64,000 bases of DNA from Eledone cirrhosa (lineage: Eukaryota), in NCBI GenBank assembly GCA_964016885.1, contig OZ024741.1, positions 153,636,001-153,700,000 of the forward strand, read 5' to 3'. Positions 11,331 through 23,395 of the stretch are shown piece after piece. The translations under genes and the position numbers were made by a program. Each line of letters opens with the position of its first letter. The first letter of the stretch is position 1. The notes under the pieces were generated by a model. It was not told the origin of the DNA and searched no databases. It saw only the letters and a list, made by a program, of their open reading frames with translations.

Positions 11331-14300
11331 AAGAAACAATGAGATTTGTACTCAGAATGTAAAGAACCGGAAAAAATACTGCAAGCCAATTTGCTATAAG
11401 TCTGATTTCCACACAATTGTAGTTATTTATGGTTTTGTACATATTAGTCCTTTTGATACTAAACTGTTTGAAACCACCCCTGTTTCTCTGATATAAAACT
11501 TTATTTTTATCTTAAAACCTTCAATTTATATTCAAAACACCAGCTTGATAATTATATTGCTACATACTTCCAAATTCGTGATTATTTTAAAAATGGTTTG
11601 AAAACCATAGGTAGTGTCTTGCATCATAAAAGGGTTAAAATATTTATCTAAAAACATTCTGTCATAATTTTATGTAAGAACCTTTGTTATGTGGCAACAC
11701 CAGCTTAATGAGAAATTAAATCCCTCCATATTGATTATTTTTTAAATTATTTGAAAATCACAGTAAAAATATGATAATGAAAGGGTTGAGCTACAACATG
11801 TTGAGTTTCATCTCACCACGTTTTATGTTGTTAATACCTTTTTGATTATAAGTATTTGTTGTTCTATGAATGTTTTCATTCATTCAAAATAGAATATTAA
11901 ATTTTCATTGTTGTAAATTTTATTTAATTGCTTTAGGATATATTTTCTTTCCATTTTCATAGGAAATTGTTTTATCTCATTTTTTCTATATCTCACATTT
12001 TCAGGTGCCCTACTTGATATGGTGAAATTTCCGTATATAATCCATTGATATCTTGTAGTGAACAACTAGTTCTGTTCTTTCTGGTTTATCACTTTTATTG
12101 TCATTGAAATTAACTATGAATTATCTAAAATTATTTAGGAAAAAAAAAAAAGAAATATACCTCAAAATAATGATGGGTCTTCCCTCAGTTTCAATGATAA
12201 ACATCCAATTGTTTGATCAACAACAATGACAAGAATAATTTATGAATATTTGACCTTGACCTATAAGAATATTTTGTATTCCTGAAATCTGTCACACCAT
12301 TCATATTGGGTCAAGTATATAATATATATGTGTGTGTGTATATATATATATATGTGTATATAGTATATAGATACATACATACATGTGTGCAACTCTTGGT
12401 ATCAAAGAAAACAGACATTAAATGATGATGTGTATGTGTCATACCTTTACTCCCCACCCACCACCACAAAAAGAATTAAATACTGTGTGTAAAATAGAGG
12501 TGTGATTTATTTTACACATGAGTATATGCAACAACTACATTATAGTGGTTGTAATAAAACATGACATTTATTTGTTAAACAATTCATCTATAAATTAGTT
12601 CATGGCTGGGCCTCTAGGCTTTCAGGAATTTCAAGCCCCCTACTGGCACTTTAATCTTTCACCACCTACTATGGCAAAAAGAAATGACAGGCCCGTAGGC
12701 TTCAGTTATAATTAGCCTTATAAATATGACCTTGTGTTGGTGTCCAAATTTCCACACTCAAGTCCGAAAGACAGGATGATAGATTGTGTGCAAACTGGAG
12801 TGGAATGTGCTGATTGAATCTTCATATATCTTTATGTAAGCCATGTATCTTTTCCAGATTTAACTCACATATAATGAAGCCAATCTATGTTGTATGCAAA
12901 AGCATAATTTAATAATTCAACTATAAAATTGATGCACAGTGAACTGTAAAAATGAGGAAATGGTTTCACATTCCAAGGACTATTATCACCACCACTATCA
13001 TCATCATCCTATATATATATAAATATATATATGTGTGAGTGTGTTTATGTTTATGTATATATATATATATATATCATCATTTGATATCTGTTTTCCTTGC
13101 TAGCAACTCTCTTCCAACTGTTTTATAATTTCTATTTTACAAATAAAATGCTCTACTTTTAAATATATATTCTCCTCTCTTGATTCTGTTCCATTCAACA
13201 TTCCTCCACCTAATGAGATTTCAAATAAATTGTTATTTTCATAAAAATGGAAATATGTTTCTTGTAATATTTTCTTTTCTTTTGTTATTGTTTTTATTGA
13301 CTTTTAAAAATATTAAAAATTTTGTGTATAAAATATTACCTTTAAGTATTATAGTTGGCACTTTGGCAGAGTTGTTAGAGCATGACTTTGTACCAACTAT
13401 TTCTGCTTTGAGCTTAAGTTTCTAAATTACCAGTTTCATACTAGGGTTGATAAAATACCAGTCCTCTACTGGGGTTAATAAAGTACTAGTCCCCTACTGA
13501 GGTCGATAATTCAAGCCCTGTACTAAGGTTGATAAAATACCAGTCCCATACTGGGGTAGATAAATTACTATTCTTGTACTGTGGTTGATTCTTCTCTCTC
13601 ATTCTTTGTCTCATTCTCTCTCTCGCTGAAGAAGAAGAAATCAACTGTGGTCAGATGAAAAGAATGGTCTCCACCATATGTCAAAATGACACTCCAACAA
13701 CCTAGTCAGAGGATGAATGATCTCCATTGTAGATGATACCTCTTACATCCCAGTCAGGAATCCAGGGTTCAAAGCAAAGCATGACTTGTGTTCACATCCT
13801 CTGCTCAAATTTTCTTATGTATTTGAGCAGTACATTTATTTCTCCGCACCTCAAGTAATCTAGTTGCTGGGAATAGGTGTTTAATTATCTAGGAATGTTC
13901 AATTGAGATACACTGAGGGTAGTTCTGCTTCTGTTCAGAAGATTTATCTTTCATTGTGTTAATGCATTGTAGAAAATAGTGAGTTTTTATAGATGGCTAC
14001 AGCAATGCAAATAGTACATGAAATGATTAGAATAATTATAACAAAGCTGATGGAATTCTACCTTGGAGGTGTTTAATTAGTCCTTAATATTTCAGAATAA
14101 AATCCCCTTGTCAAAAGAGAAGTTGAGGAAACAAATTCAGAGCAGAATAACATTCTAACAACTTTTTTATTGATATTTTTAACATTTAATGTACTATTTG
14201 CATTGCTGTAGCTCTCTCTAAAAAACACTATTTTCTAATGTTAGTACAGTTAAATTTTTATATAAGCATCAGTTAATGGACACTGTATGGTTGAATGGTT

Positions 14301-14819
14301 AAGAAGTTTGCTTTCCAATCATTAGGTCTCAAGTTTGAATCCCACTGTGTGGCACCTTGGGGAAATGTCATTTACCACAGCCTCAAGCTAGCTCATGCTG
14401 TGTGCAGAGGAAATTGTGTAGCTGGAAACTGCTTATAAGCATGGATGGATACTGTACCTGTAATTCAAAGAACATCTAGAAATTTTCATATACTATGCAC
14501 AAATGGTAAAATGAAGGGTCTGGTGTATTTGGAAAATTTTTTACTTTTTTTTTTTTCTCTCACAAACACATACACCACGGTTTTGCTTCATACTGTAAAC
14601 CGGACAATGCATCCAGTACAGTCATTTTCTCTTCTATCTATCTTCTCATCTGTTTATCTGGGCAAAGTTGGGTACTTCAGCTCATACTATATAAGCATGG
14701 AAAAATGGCTGTAAGAACAATGAGGATGATAACAGAATGCCAGACTCTAGCCAGTAACACAACATGGTGGCTATTTCAATATCTGCTGGGGCAGTAGAGA
14801 AGAGTGTTCCAAGAGCATA

Positions 14820-15285
14820 GTAGCTTAGATAAGGACAGGATGGAAGAAGTTTAGGGAACTGCTACCTCTGTTGACATTGAAAGGTTTCTCCCTATGACTG
14901 AAAGGTTGGTTGTATGACACCTGTGTGCAAAGTGCAATGCTGTATGGTAATGAGATGTGGGCAGTGAATGTGGAGGGCAATAAAGCAAGCATGCTTCGAT
15001 GGATGTGCAAAAACAACAAAACATGGATGAACTGAAAAAGAAACTGAGTATAAGTGGAATCAAATATGCATTGGTATGGACATGTCATGCACATGGGTGA
15101 AGATGTGCCAAGTCATCCCAGTGGAAGGAATCCGTAGTAGAGGAAGAACTGGATGGAAGTGGTGAGAGCTGATCTCAAATCACTGAAGCTCAGTAAGGAA
15201 TGCAACAAGTTGAGAGATACTGTACTGAGAAAAACCCATCCAACCCATGCAAGTGTGGAACAATGGACGTAGAATGATGATGATG
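14820..15285 (+). mobile_element. Old RTE LINE 3' fragment
   Basis: RTGWKKFRELLPLLTLKGFSL, AMLYGNEMWAV and SMLRWMC; aacccatgc...gacgt-(GAT)n tail. Confidence 0.8.
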
Positions 15286-15694
15286 TCCTCTATTCCTTTC
15301 CATTTGACCATTGTTAGTCCACTGCTGGATGAACATAGGCTAATTGTAGAATTATCTGTTCATGATCAGTTTTGGTTGGAATAGGGAGCCCCTGTGGTCA
15401 GTGTTGGTTAATCTAGGCTAGTTATAGTATTATCTATCCATGGTGGCCAGTTGTGGGGAGCTCCTGGGATCAGGTTGTTAGCGCTAGCTATTGCACCCAG
15501 TGGAATTTGAACTTAGAATGCAAAGAGCCAGAATAGATTCAGGTATTGGCAAAAAACACATGCACATACATATATGCATACACACATTCATACAACCTGT
15601 GCGCACACACAAACACACCATACTCATATGTTGAGACACACAATTGCTTTTCATGTTACAACACCTAAAAAAAGCTTCTATGAGACATAACAAG

Positions 15695-15925
15695 GCCAGC
15701 TAAACCTACATAGCTGTGAGCTGTATCAACATGATAGGACTAGGGCCCCCATCAATAAAACACTCAAGAAACCTCATAAGATGCAACCACATAGGTGACC
15801 GGCTAAAGCTATACAGATGTGAGCTGTAACATGATAGGACCAGGGCCTGTATCATTAAAACACCCGAGAAACCTCATATGAGATGCAATCTCATAGGAGG
15901 CCAACTAAACCTACATAGGTGTAAA
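15695..15925 (+). repeat. About 100-bp tandem duplication of a dispersed repeat
   Basis: aacatgataggac...aaaacac...gaaacctcata at 15728 and 15828; related copy at 4410-4510. Confidence 0.6.
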
Positions 15926-16699
15926 GCATAAACGAACTAAGGAAAAAATTAGAAATAAGAGGGATCAGATGTTGTTTACTCGAGAGAAGGCTACGTTGGT
16001 ATGGTCACATGATGCGCATGAAAGACGACAGCTGCATAACAAAGTGCAGGGCAATAAAGATAGACGGTAGCTACGGAGTAGGCAGACCCAGAAAAACCTG
16101 GGACGAGCTGATAAATTCCGACCTCACACACTTACACCTCTCCAAGACAATGTCACTGGACCGAGACCTTTGGCGGCACTCAGTAATAGAGAAGACCCGC
16201 CTTACCTAATTACAAAGTAAAACCTACTACAGTCAGTAGGCATCTCTAACAAAATACCCCCCCCCCCCCCCCCCCATCCACACCGCCCCTTTCAATGTAA
16301 AGTTATGTTGGTGCCACAACATCCAGGCCGAAACAAATGAGATCGTGTAGGTGTCACGACAAAAAAACACAGTAATGTGGCCGTGTAGGCAACACGGTAA
16401 AAACCTCCCAGCCCCACACTGTAAATGTGGTTGGTGTTAGGAAGGGCATCCAGCTGTAGAAAACCCGCCAGACAGTCCACGCTGTAATGTGGCCGTGTAG
16501 GCAACACGGTAAAAACCTCCCAGCCCCACACTGTAAATGTGGTTGGTGTTAGGAAGGGCATCCAGCTGTAGAAAACTCGCCAGACAGTCCTATGCGAGCA
16601 AGACAATCACTCTTGCCTCAAGTGGGAAAACCCCCGTCCAAACCCATGCAAGCGTGGAACACGGACGTTAAACGTTGATGATGATGATGATGATGATGA
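15925..16699 (+). mobile_element. 5'-truncated young RTE LINE (same subfamily as 54190-57993)
   Basis: Near-identical to 57300-57993; internal duplication in the 3' UTR (16373-16590); (GAT)n tail. Confidence 0.93.
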
Positions 16700-17212
16700 C
16701 CATCACACTCATATATGTTTATACATACATACACACACACACATATATATATATATATGCTGGGCTTCTGCACTGTTTCCATCTACCAACTTTCACTCAC
16801 AAAAGACATTTGCTTAAAGTTCTATTCAGTGGTGATGAAAACCAGGGACATAGTTGTGAAGGCAACTTGTTAACGACACAGGCCTGTCTGCCCAGGATGA
16901 AATTACTTTGCTAAATCCCAACTCTATTATTTATTGTGACTCAATCTATGAAAATGAGTCAACAGGCAACAGTGCTAAGCTAACTACAATACATCTACAT
17001 TGCTAATATATCATAATGTAATATCAATTCAATACTTTCTATAAAGGTACCAAAGAAAGCCAAACATAAAGCAAAATCAATGAAGCCACATTAGTTGGGT
17101 GAATTTGTGTACATAAACACACGTGTGTATATGTTTGTTAGTGAGTGTATGTATAGTTCAGGAGTGAGCAGTGAGTCGAGTACACACAAAATTCATTTGT
17201 ATTTATGTATGT

Positions 17213-17370
17213 AGGCAGCAAATTAGCAGAGTCGTTAGAACGTTGGATAGAATGCTTTATGGTATTCGTTCCAGCTCTCTGCTCTCCGAGTTCAAATCTC
17301 GCCAAGGTCAACTTTGCCTTTCATCCTTTCGAAGTCGATAAAAAAAATACCAGTCTAGTACTGGGGTAGA
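17213..17370 (+). mobile_element. tRNA-derived SINE with Meta-like core (representative copy; others near 1830, 2640, 3480, 13360, 19670, 35470, 36070, 61440, 63505)
   Basis: B box GAGTTCAAATC followed by GGTCAACTTTGCCTTTCATCCTTTCGRGGTCGATAAAAT...TACCAG, repeated across the window; the Meta assignment is from memory of the core. Confidence 0.8.
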
Positions 17371-17574
17371 TTCTTCCTCTATATCTCTTTTTCATTTCCT
17401 CTCTCTCACTTTCTATCTTTCTCTGGAAGAAATCTGCTCTACTCATGCCTGAAGAGGGATGGGCTTTGCCTGGCTTAAAATGCTCAAGAAATGTGTATGT
17501 CAATATGGCGCGTCTATGACTCTATCAAGAGTTACGGGACCATACATACATACATTGTATGTATGTATGTATAG

Positions 17575-19371
17575 ACAGGGACAGTGGGGATTTACAATGA
17601 AATTAAGTAAAATATATGAAAACAGATAATGTACAAAATTAAATACAATGAAAATTCCCCAATAGGGGTGGAGTACCACCTAGAGGTGATTTAGGAACCC
17701 CACAAATCCTAAACCACCCACTGCTCCAAGAACAGCCTAGGAGGACGCCCCTTTCCTCTTCAAATCAGCCAGCCTACAGGTACATACTCAAATGTGCCAT
17801 ATTCGCAACATTCACCCACTATTTAACTAGGGAGCAGTACTTCCTACTGCACCCTCCCTCACTTTCCTTTCCAAGTCAAACTTGAAAAAGTTGATGAGGG
17901 ATTGGCCGAAGAGGAAAGTCTGTCTTCAGTCCTTTCAGTCTTGTCCATCACACAACCTCTTTCATTAAAGTCACCAAGCAGAAGAAAACTGCTTTCCCAT
18001 CCGAAAGAAGGTGGCGGGGTGATCTTCATGGACTTGTTTGATAGCCGGATTCTTCCTACACTTGATAATAACTGTTCAACATAACTCCTCAAGTCAATAA
18101 TGCCCCGGAGACTGGATAAGTGTGTGCAGAATGGTCTCGTCACTCTGCATGCATTTTGGACAGGTCTGTCTGACTGCACTTTCGTGATTGTAGAATTTAT
18201 CTCGGACTGTCAGTGCTACCGAGAGGCACTGCTAAGTGAGGGATTTCTGGAAGTTATCCATAGTTCCTTGCTCGAAAGTCTTCCTGAACAGACTGGTCAG
18301 TTCGATTTCGTTGATGCCCAGAACCTCTCCGAGAACATTATCGCACTTGCCCACCACTAATCCTCTATAGAACTCTACAGTGGAATTTCCACTGACCACA
18401 TTGCCCACCTTGTAGAGTGAGTGCCTGGCAACATTCCAGATGCCCGGCACCCAGTCTCGGTCCCTCTTGACCCAGGACTGCAGCTCAAAGAGATGAGCTG
18501 CAGAAAGGCCCATCTCACAAATAATGACCTCACCTGTTCACTGTTTTAGCATTTCTGAAGATGCTGTAGCCTCAGTGCATGTTTGCACATCATCTGCCAT
18601 GGCATGCCCAGCCCTCCGAGTAGAGGGTGCTAGCAGCAGATGGACCTCCTCACCAATGGAACCTGTCCCTTCTACAAGAAGTTGAAGAGCAGGTGTTTCA
18701 ATTTGGTGAGGTGCGAACAGAGGCAAGGCAAAACAGTCAGGTGGTAATAGATGACGAATATGATGTGTGTGTTTGCTACCTCTGCCTGACCTTTTAGAGA
18801 TAGCTTCTTCTTGGCCCATTTCTGGGTGAGAGTGGCCACCCTGCTCATAATGTCATCCCAGTTCTTATCCACCTGGAGGTCTGACTGGTCCGTCCAATGT
18901 CTGATGACGCTGTTGGACGGCATGGATTTGCCTATCCAGGTGCCAAGCTGCAAACCCATTGACATATCTGGGTTCAGTTTTGCTTCCATCAACCTTTCAT
19001 ATTCCTCTAAGAAGGTGCTGACCACCGCGATTTTTAAGGTGTTTGACACCATCACAGCAATGTTGTTCACATATGCTGACACAGCCCTACCATGTCCCAG
19101 TTTGAGTGGGATGCCCTGTAACAGTTCCAGTTTCCGCAGTAAAGGCTCAAGAGGCAATACATATAGGAGTGAGGAGAGAGGGCACCCTTAACGGGCCAAT
19201 CACGTGATCTGATACGGTTCTGAAAAGAGGCCATTTATGTTGACCACTGAGCAGATGTTGCTGTACCTTGAAGTGATCCAGCCTCTGAAGATAGGACCGA
19301 AATCAGCTGCCTTGAGAACAGCCTCCAGATATTGATGGTCGACCCTATCAAAAGCTTTCGATTGATTTAAA
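17575..19371 (-). mobile_element. Degenerate Tx1/L1-clade ORF2 (RT and C-terminus)
   Basis: QSKAFDRVDHQYLEAVL, EPLLRKLE, AYVNNI (degraded YADD), KWAKKKLSLKGQAEVAN; many stops and frameshifts. Confidence 0.8.
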
Positions 19372-19560
19372 TTGAAAAGGATTTGGGACTGTCATGAGAT
19401 CAAGGTCATCCCCCATTATCATAGGAGCACTAGATACTATCTTGAAGAGCTTCCAAGGCAGGTTAAAATCATTAGTCTAGCCCACTTTTTTTTAACACTC
19501 CAGAAAGCATGGCTACTGGGAACAGCAAGGACCCTCCGATACGTCCTGAATATCTGAGGA
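19372..19560 (+). mobile_element. 3' end of an RLE non-LTR element (R4/Dong-like)
   Basis: KRIWDCHEIKVIP, IIGAL and LQKAWLLGTARTLRYVLNI* resemble the VIPVIIGALG...LQKAALLGTARIL terminus. Confidence 0.7.
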
Positions 19561-20254
19561 GGCAGATATTCATTAGGGCAAATTTTCAGATGTTCATTAG
19601 GGCAACTTTTCCAGTTAAAGTAACATCAATGACTGAGATGAGATATCAAAGTTATATTTATGATTATTATTGGTTTCACAGTATTGGTAGTGTCGGATAA
19701 AATGCTTTGCGTCATATAGTTACGCCCCTTTACATTCTGAATTCGAATCCAGCCAAGGTTAGTTTTCCCTTTCATCCTTACGGGGGTTGATAAAATAAAG
19801 TACCAGCAACACACTGGGTTCGATTTAATCGACTTTTCCTTTCCCTTCAAATTATTGGCCTTCTTTATATATCCATCATTATCCTAGCACATGATACTAC
19901 ACCATATGTTAATTTTTTATACAGAAATTTCATTTCAATACTCTGAAAAAAGAAAAATCACGATTGTTTCTCAGACCTGTTTCACACACAAATAAAAAGA
20001 ATTCAGTTGAAAAACTAATTCAAAAAAGCAAAAACAAAAAACTGTATTTATTGTTGATTACAAACATACTTTTCAGGTTTCTTCATTCTTTGATTGATGG
20101 GAAATCTATTATTTCTTACAGTTTTTTCTTTTTTTTTTTTCGTTGTTTTGTTTTTCTTTCTCTCTGATGTCTTTCTGATTGTTGCTTACCTGTCACTTGC
20201 TTTCCGTTGTGTTAAGCAATATTTTGACACCTACCTTAGTTACGTCTGCTTTCC

Positions 20255-20548
20255 TGTCTGTCTATCCTTAGTTACGATCGCTAACATCTACTTCTCTTTG
20301 CTCACTCTCAGTTACAATCGCTAATACCTGTTTTCCTCTGTTCATATTTGATTGCTAACGTCTTCTTTCTTTCCTCTGTCCACCATCGGTTACGATCTCT
20401 AACATTTGCTCTCCTCTGTCCATCTTTGGTTACGATCACTAATACTTGTTTTTCTCTTCTCACCATCGGTTACGCTCGCTAACACCTGTTTTCTTCTGAT
20501 CATATTTGGTTATGATCACGAATGTCTGCTTTCCTCTGTCCACCATCA
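20255..20548 (+). repeat. Tandem minisatellite, about 40-bp unit
   Basis: Recurrent GGTTACGATCGCTAACA...TTCCTCTGTCCACCATC, about 7 degenerate copies. Confidence 0.75.
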
Positions 20549-20815
20549 AATGACGTAATGCTGTTTTACATTGCTGCAGATTTTCTGTCACATACTTTAT
20601 TTTGATTCACAGCCATGTGATTCTCACCTCCGATAGAGTCCTCCCATACTGTACATAAATTGTGTTTATTTTATGCATTCGATAATATATTTAACAAACC
20701 ATGACTGAATTGAATACATATAATAAATAATATAAAGAAAAAAGAAACATGATATTTTTATGATTTCTATCCACCGACAGACAACAGTTTTAATTTGACC
20801 GTGTCAGTATGTAAC

Positions 20816-20978
20816 ATACCAAATATTAATGGTTAGATTATGTAGTATACCAAATATTAATGGCTAGATTATGTAGTATACCAAATACTAATGGTTAGGC
20901 CATGTACTATATTAAATACTAATGGTTAGATGGTGTAGTAAGTCAAATATTAGAGGGTAGATTGTAATATACCAAATA
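20816..20978 (+). repeat. Tandem minisatellite, 31-bp unit, about 5 copies
   Basis: ATACCAAATATTAATGGTTAGATTATGTAGT repeated. Confidence 0.85.
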
Positions 20979-22221
20979 ACAAACGCATATACACGTTTTC
21001 TATCACTCTCCTACTTCGTAGTTGATCACTTTAGTTAGCCACTGTGTGTATGTGTTTGTGTGTCTATGTATGTGTGTGTGTTGGATATCTTTATGTGTAT
21101 ATGTATGTAAGTGTATCTGAGTATGTATATATGTATGTATGAACAGAACATGGCCGAATTGGTTAAGAAGTTCACATCTTGAGCAGGTGTCGACCCACAC
21201 TTTGTGAGCCAAATTGGATACATGGAAGCCGTTTGGAAGCCTGTTGGATGTACTGTGCTCTCGTGTTCCAAATAATAGTTGGGGGGAAGCGGGGATGGTG
21301 GTGGAAAATCTGTAATTTTTCTAGGTTGTCTCCGTTGATTTTTACAAACCAGAATTAGTCGTTTAGTTTACATATTGAGACACCCACCCAACCCATCCTA
21401 TTTATTTTATAACGTATGGAATTTCTAGTAATGTACTTCTTTGTCATGTATAATGTTTTTTAATGTATTAAGAAAATTAAATGTCGCAGGAATGATACCA
21501 CTTAAAATAAAATTTACGCAGGAGATAGGTTAGCAAAATTTAATAAGAGTGTGTGGAAAAAATCTGAAAAATTAATAAGTGAGGAGGGGGGCATTATTCG
21601 AGACCCGAGAGTACCTGTAATTGTAAGAGACAGTCTTGTTACACATTGTATCACAATGAATCTTCCCGAGTTAAGGGTTACACGTGTCTGTGGAATGTTC
21701 AGCCATTTACGGGTTAATTTCATGCGCAGGCTGTCCTATTGATCAAAACAACCGGAACACTCATTATCGAAACGGAGGGTTATTCATCGAAATGTGTGTG
21801 TGTATATATATGAACATTTGTGCATATGTGTGTAAATAACTACACACCTTCATAATGGTATGTATACTATCAGTGGAAACTTTCCTTTTGACATAAAGAT
21901 AACAGGGCGTTAACCGTGCTTACATCTAGCATTTATCTCTGTTATAGTTTCACATTATATCTATATATATATATCTATGATATTAATATCTATGATATTG
22001 TATATGCTCCGTGTTATTGGAAATTTACCGATTGGATTAAACTCTGAACTGACTTTTATACTTATTTTGCTGTAAACTATAAAATTACATTGAGCTTTAA
22101 AACATTTCTTTGCCTTTATATGGTTGTATTACCAACTAATTTAAACTTGTTTATATAAGTGTGCGTGTATATATATATATATATATATATAAAATCAAAA
22201 GATGGTTAAAAGAGTTCCATG

Positions 22222-22292
22222 TATTTTATTATGCGCATTTCAAAAACAAATATCATCATGGCATGATATTTGCGTTCTCATCAAATAAAATA
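22222..22292 (-). ncRNA. Type I hammerhead motif with C3>U core change
   Basis: Minus strand: TATTTTAT-TTGATGA, long stem II GCAAATATCA/TGATATTTGT, GAAA-TGCGCA-TA-ATAAAATA; same stem I as 25988-26050. Confidence 0.7.
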
Positions 22293-22986
22293 GGGAGGCA
22301 TGATATGAAGCTTAAAAAAACTTGCGAGCAATGAAGTGTTAAAATCAATATATGAAAAATAAAATAAGATGGATATATGAGATTAGAAAAAAGGAAAGGA
22401 AAAGGTAAGGAAGAGGAAGAAAGAATATAGATAGAAGAAAAAAAATAATAATAAGGAAAGGATGACGGAGTCCTATAAATTGTTGAGTGCTACTTATCCG
22501 ATATTTGCATTGCTTTATTGTGCTACAATAAAACTCACCCCCTACATTTATATATATATACCCGTTGGGGAACAGAACGAAAAACTTGTTGACGAAGTAA
22601 TTCCTTTGTTCTGTCGTCAATAGCCATTAACTTACAGACCCTTGCAAGTGGAATTTGTCGATTTCGGACTTACAGAAACCTAGCGGAAATGTTGCATGTG
22701 GTGTGTATTGTATGGTACACATTATGTGTTGCATGTAATGTCTACGCAACGGTCCAGGTCAGTCAAAATTTTTTCCTGAGTTCAGTTTTTTTCGTCGCTA
22801 TGGTCTAAGCGGCCAGCCTATCAGTCGCTGTATTTGATTTGCAAAGCTGTCTAAACGTAATGTTATAACTCTGGGGTAAAATTCTCCATTGAGTGCTTAG
22901 CCACACACCGAAAGTGCATTCGTTTGCTTGGCTGCAACCTAAAGCTTCGTTGATGCTGTACTAAAATTTGTATATATATATATATA

Positions 22987-23392
22987 TCATCATCATCATC
23001 ATCATCATCATCACCGTTTTACGTCCGTTCTTCCACGCTAGCATGGGTTAGACGGGTTGTCCTGTTGTGGGCAGTGTCTGGTCGGCTGACCATGCCTTGC
23101 TCATACAGGAACTGATTTGGCTTGATTTATACAGCTGGATGCCCTTCCTAACACCAACCTCATTTACAGTGAGTGGTGGGTGCTTTTTCGTGGCGCCTAC
23201 ACGTCCACTTTACAGTGTGGGCTGGGTGCTTTTTTGCCATGGCACCTCCACGACCGCCTTGCGGTGGGGGGGGGGGGGGCATATTGTCTATATGCTTCAG
23301 CTTGTACCCATGGGAGGTCGGGTACTCTGTATTACTGCGTGACGCCAGAAGTCACGGTCGTGTGTCATTGTCTTTGAGAGGTGTAATTGTGT
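22987..23392 (-). mobile_element. RTE LINE 3' end (second subfamily)
   Basis: Reverse complement of about 32260-32658, with (CAT)n tail at 22987. Confidence 0.9.
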
Positions 23393-23395
23393 AAA

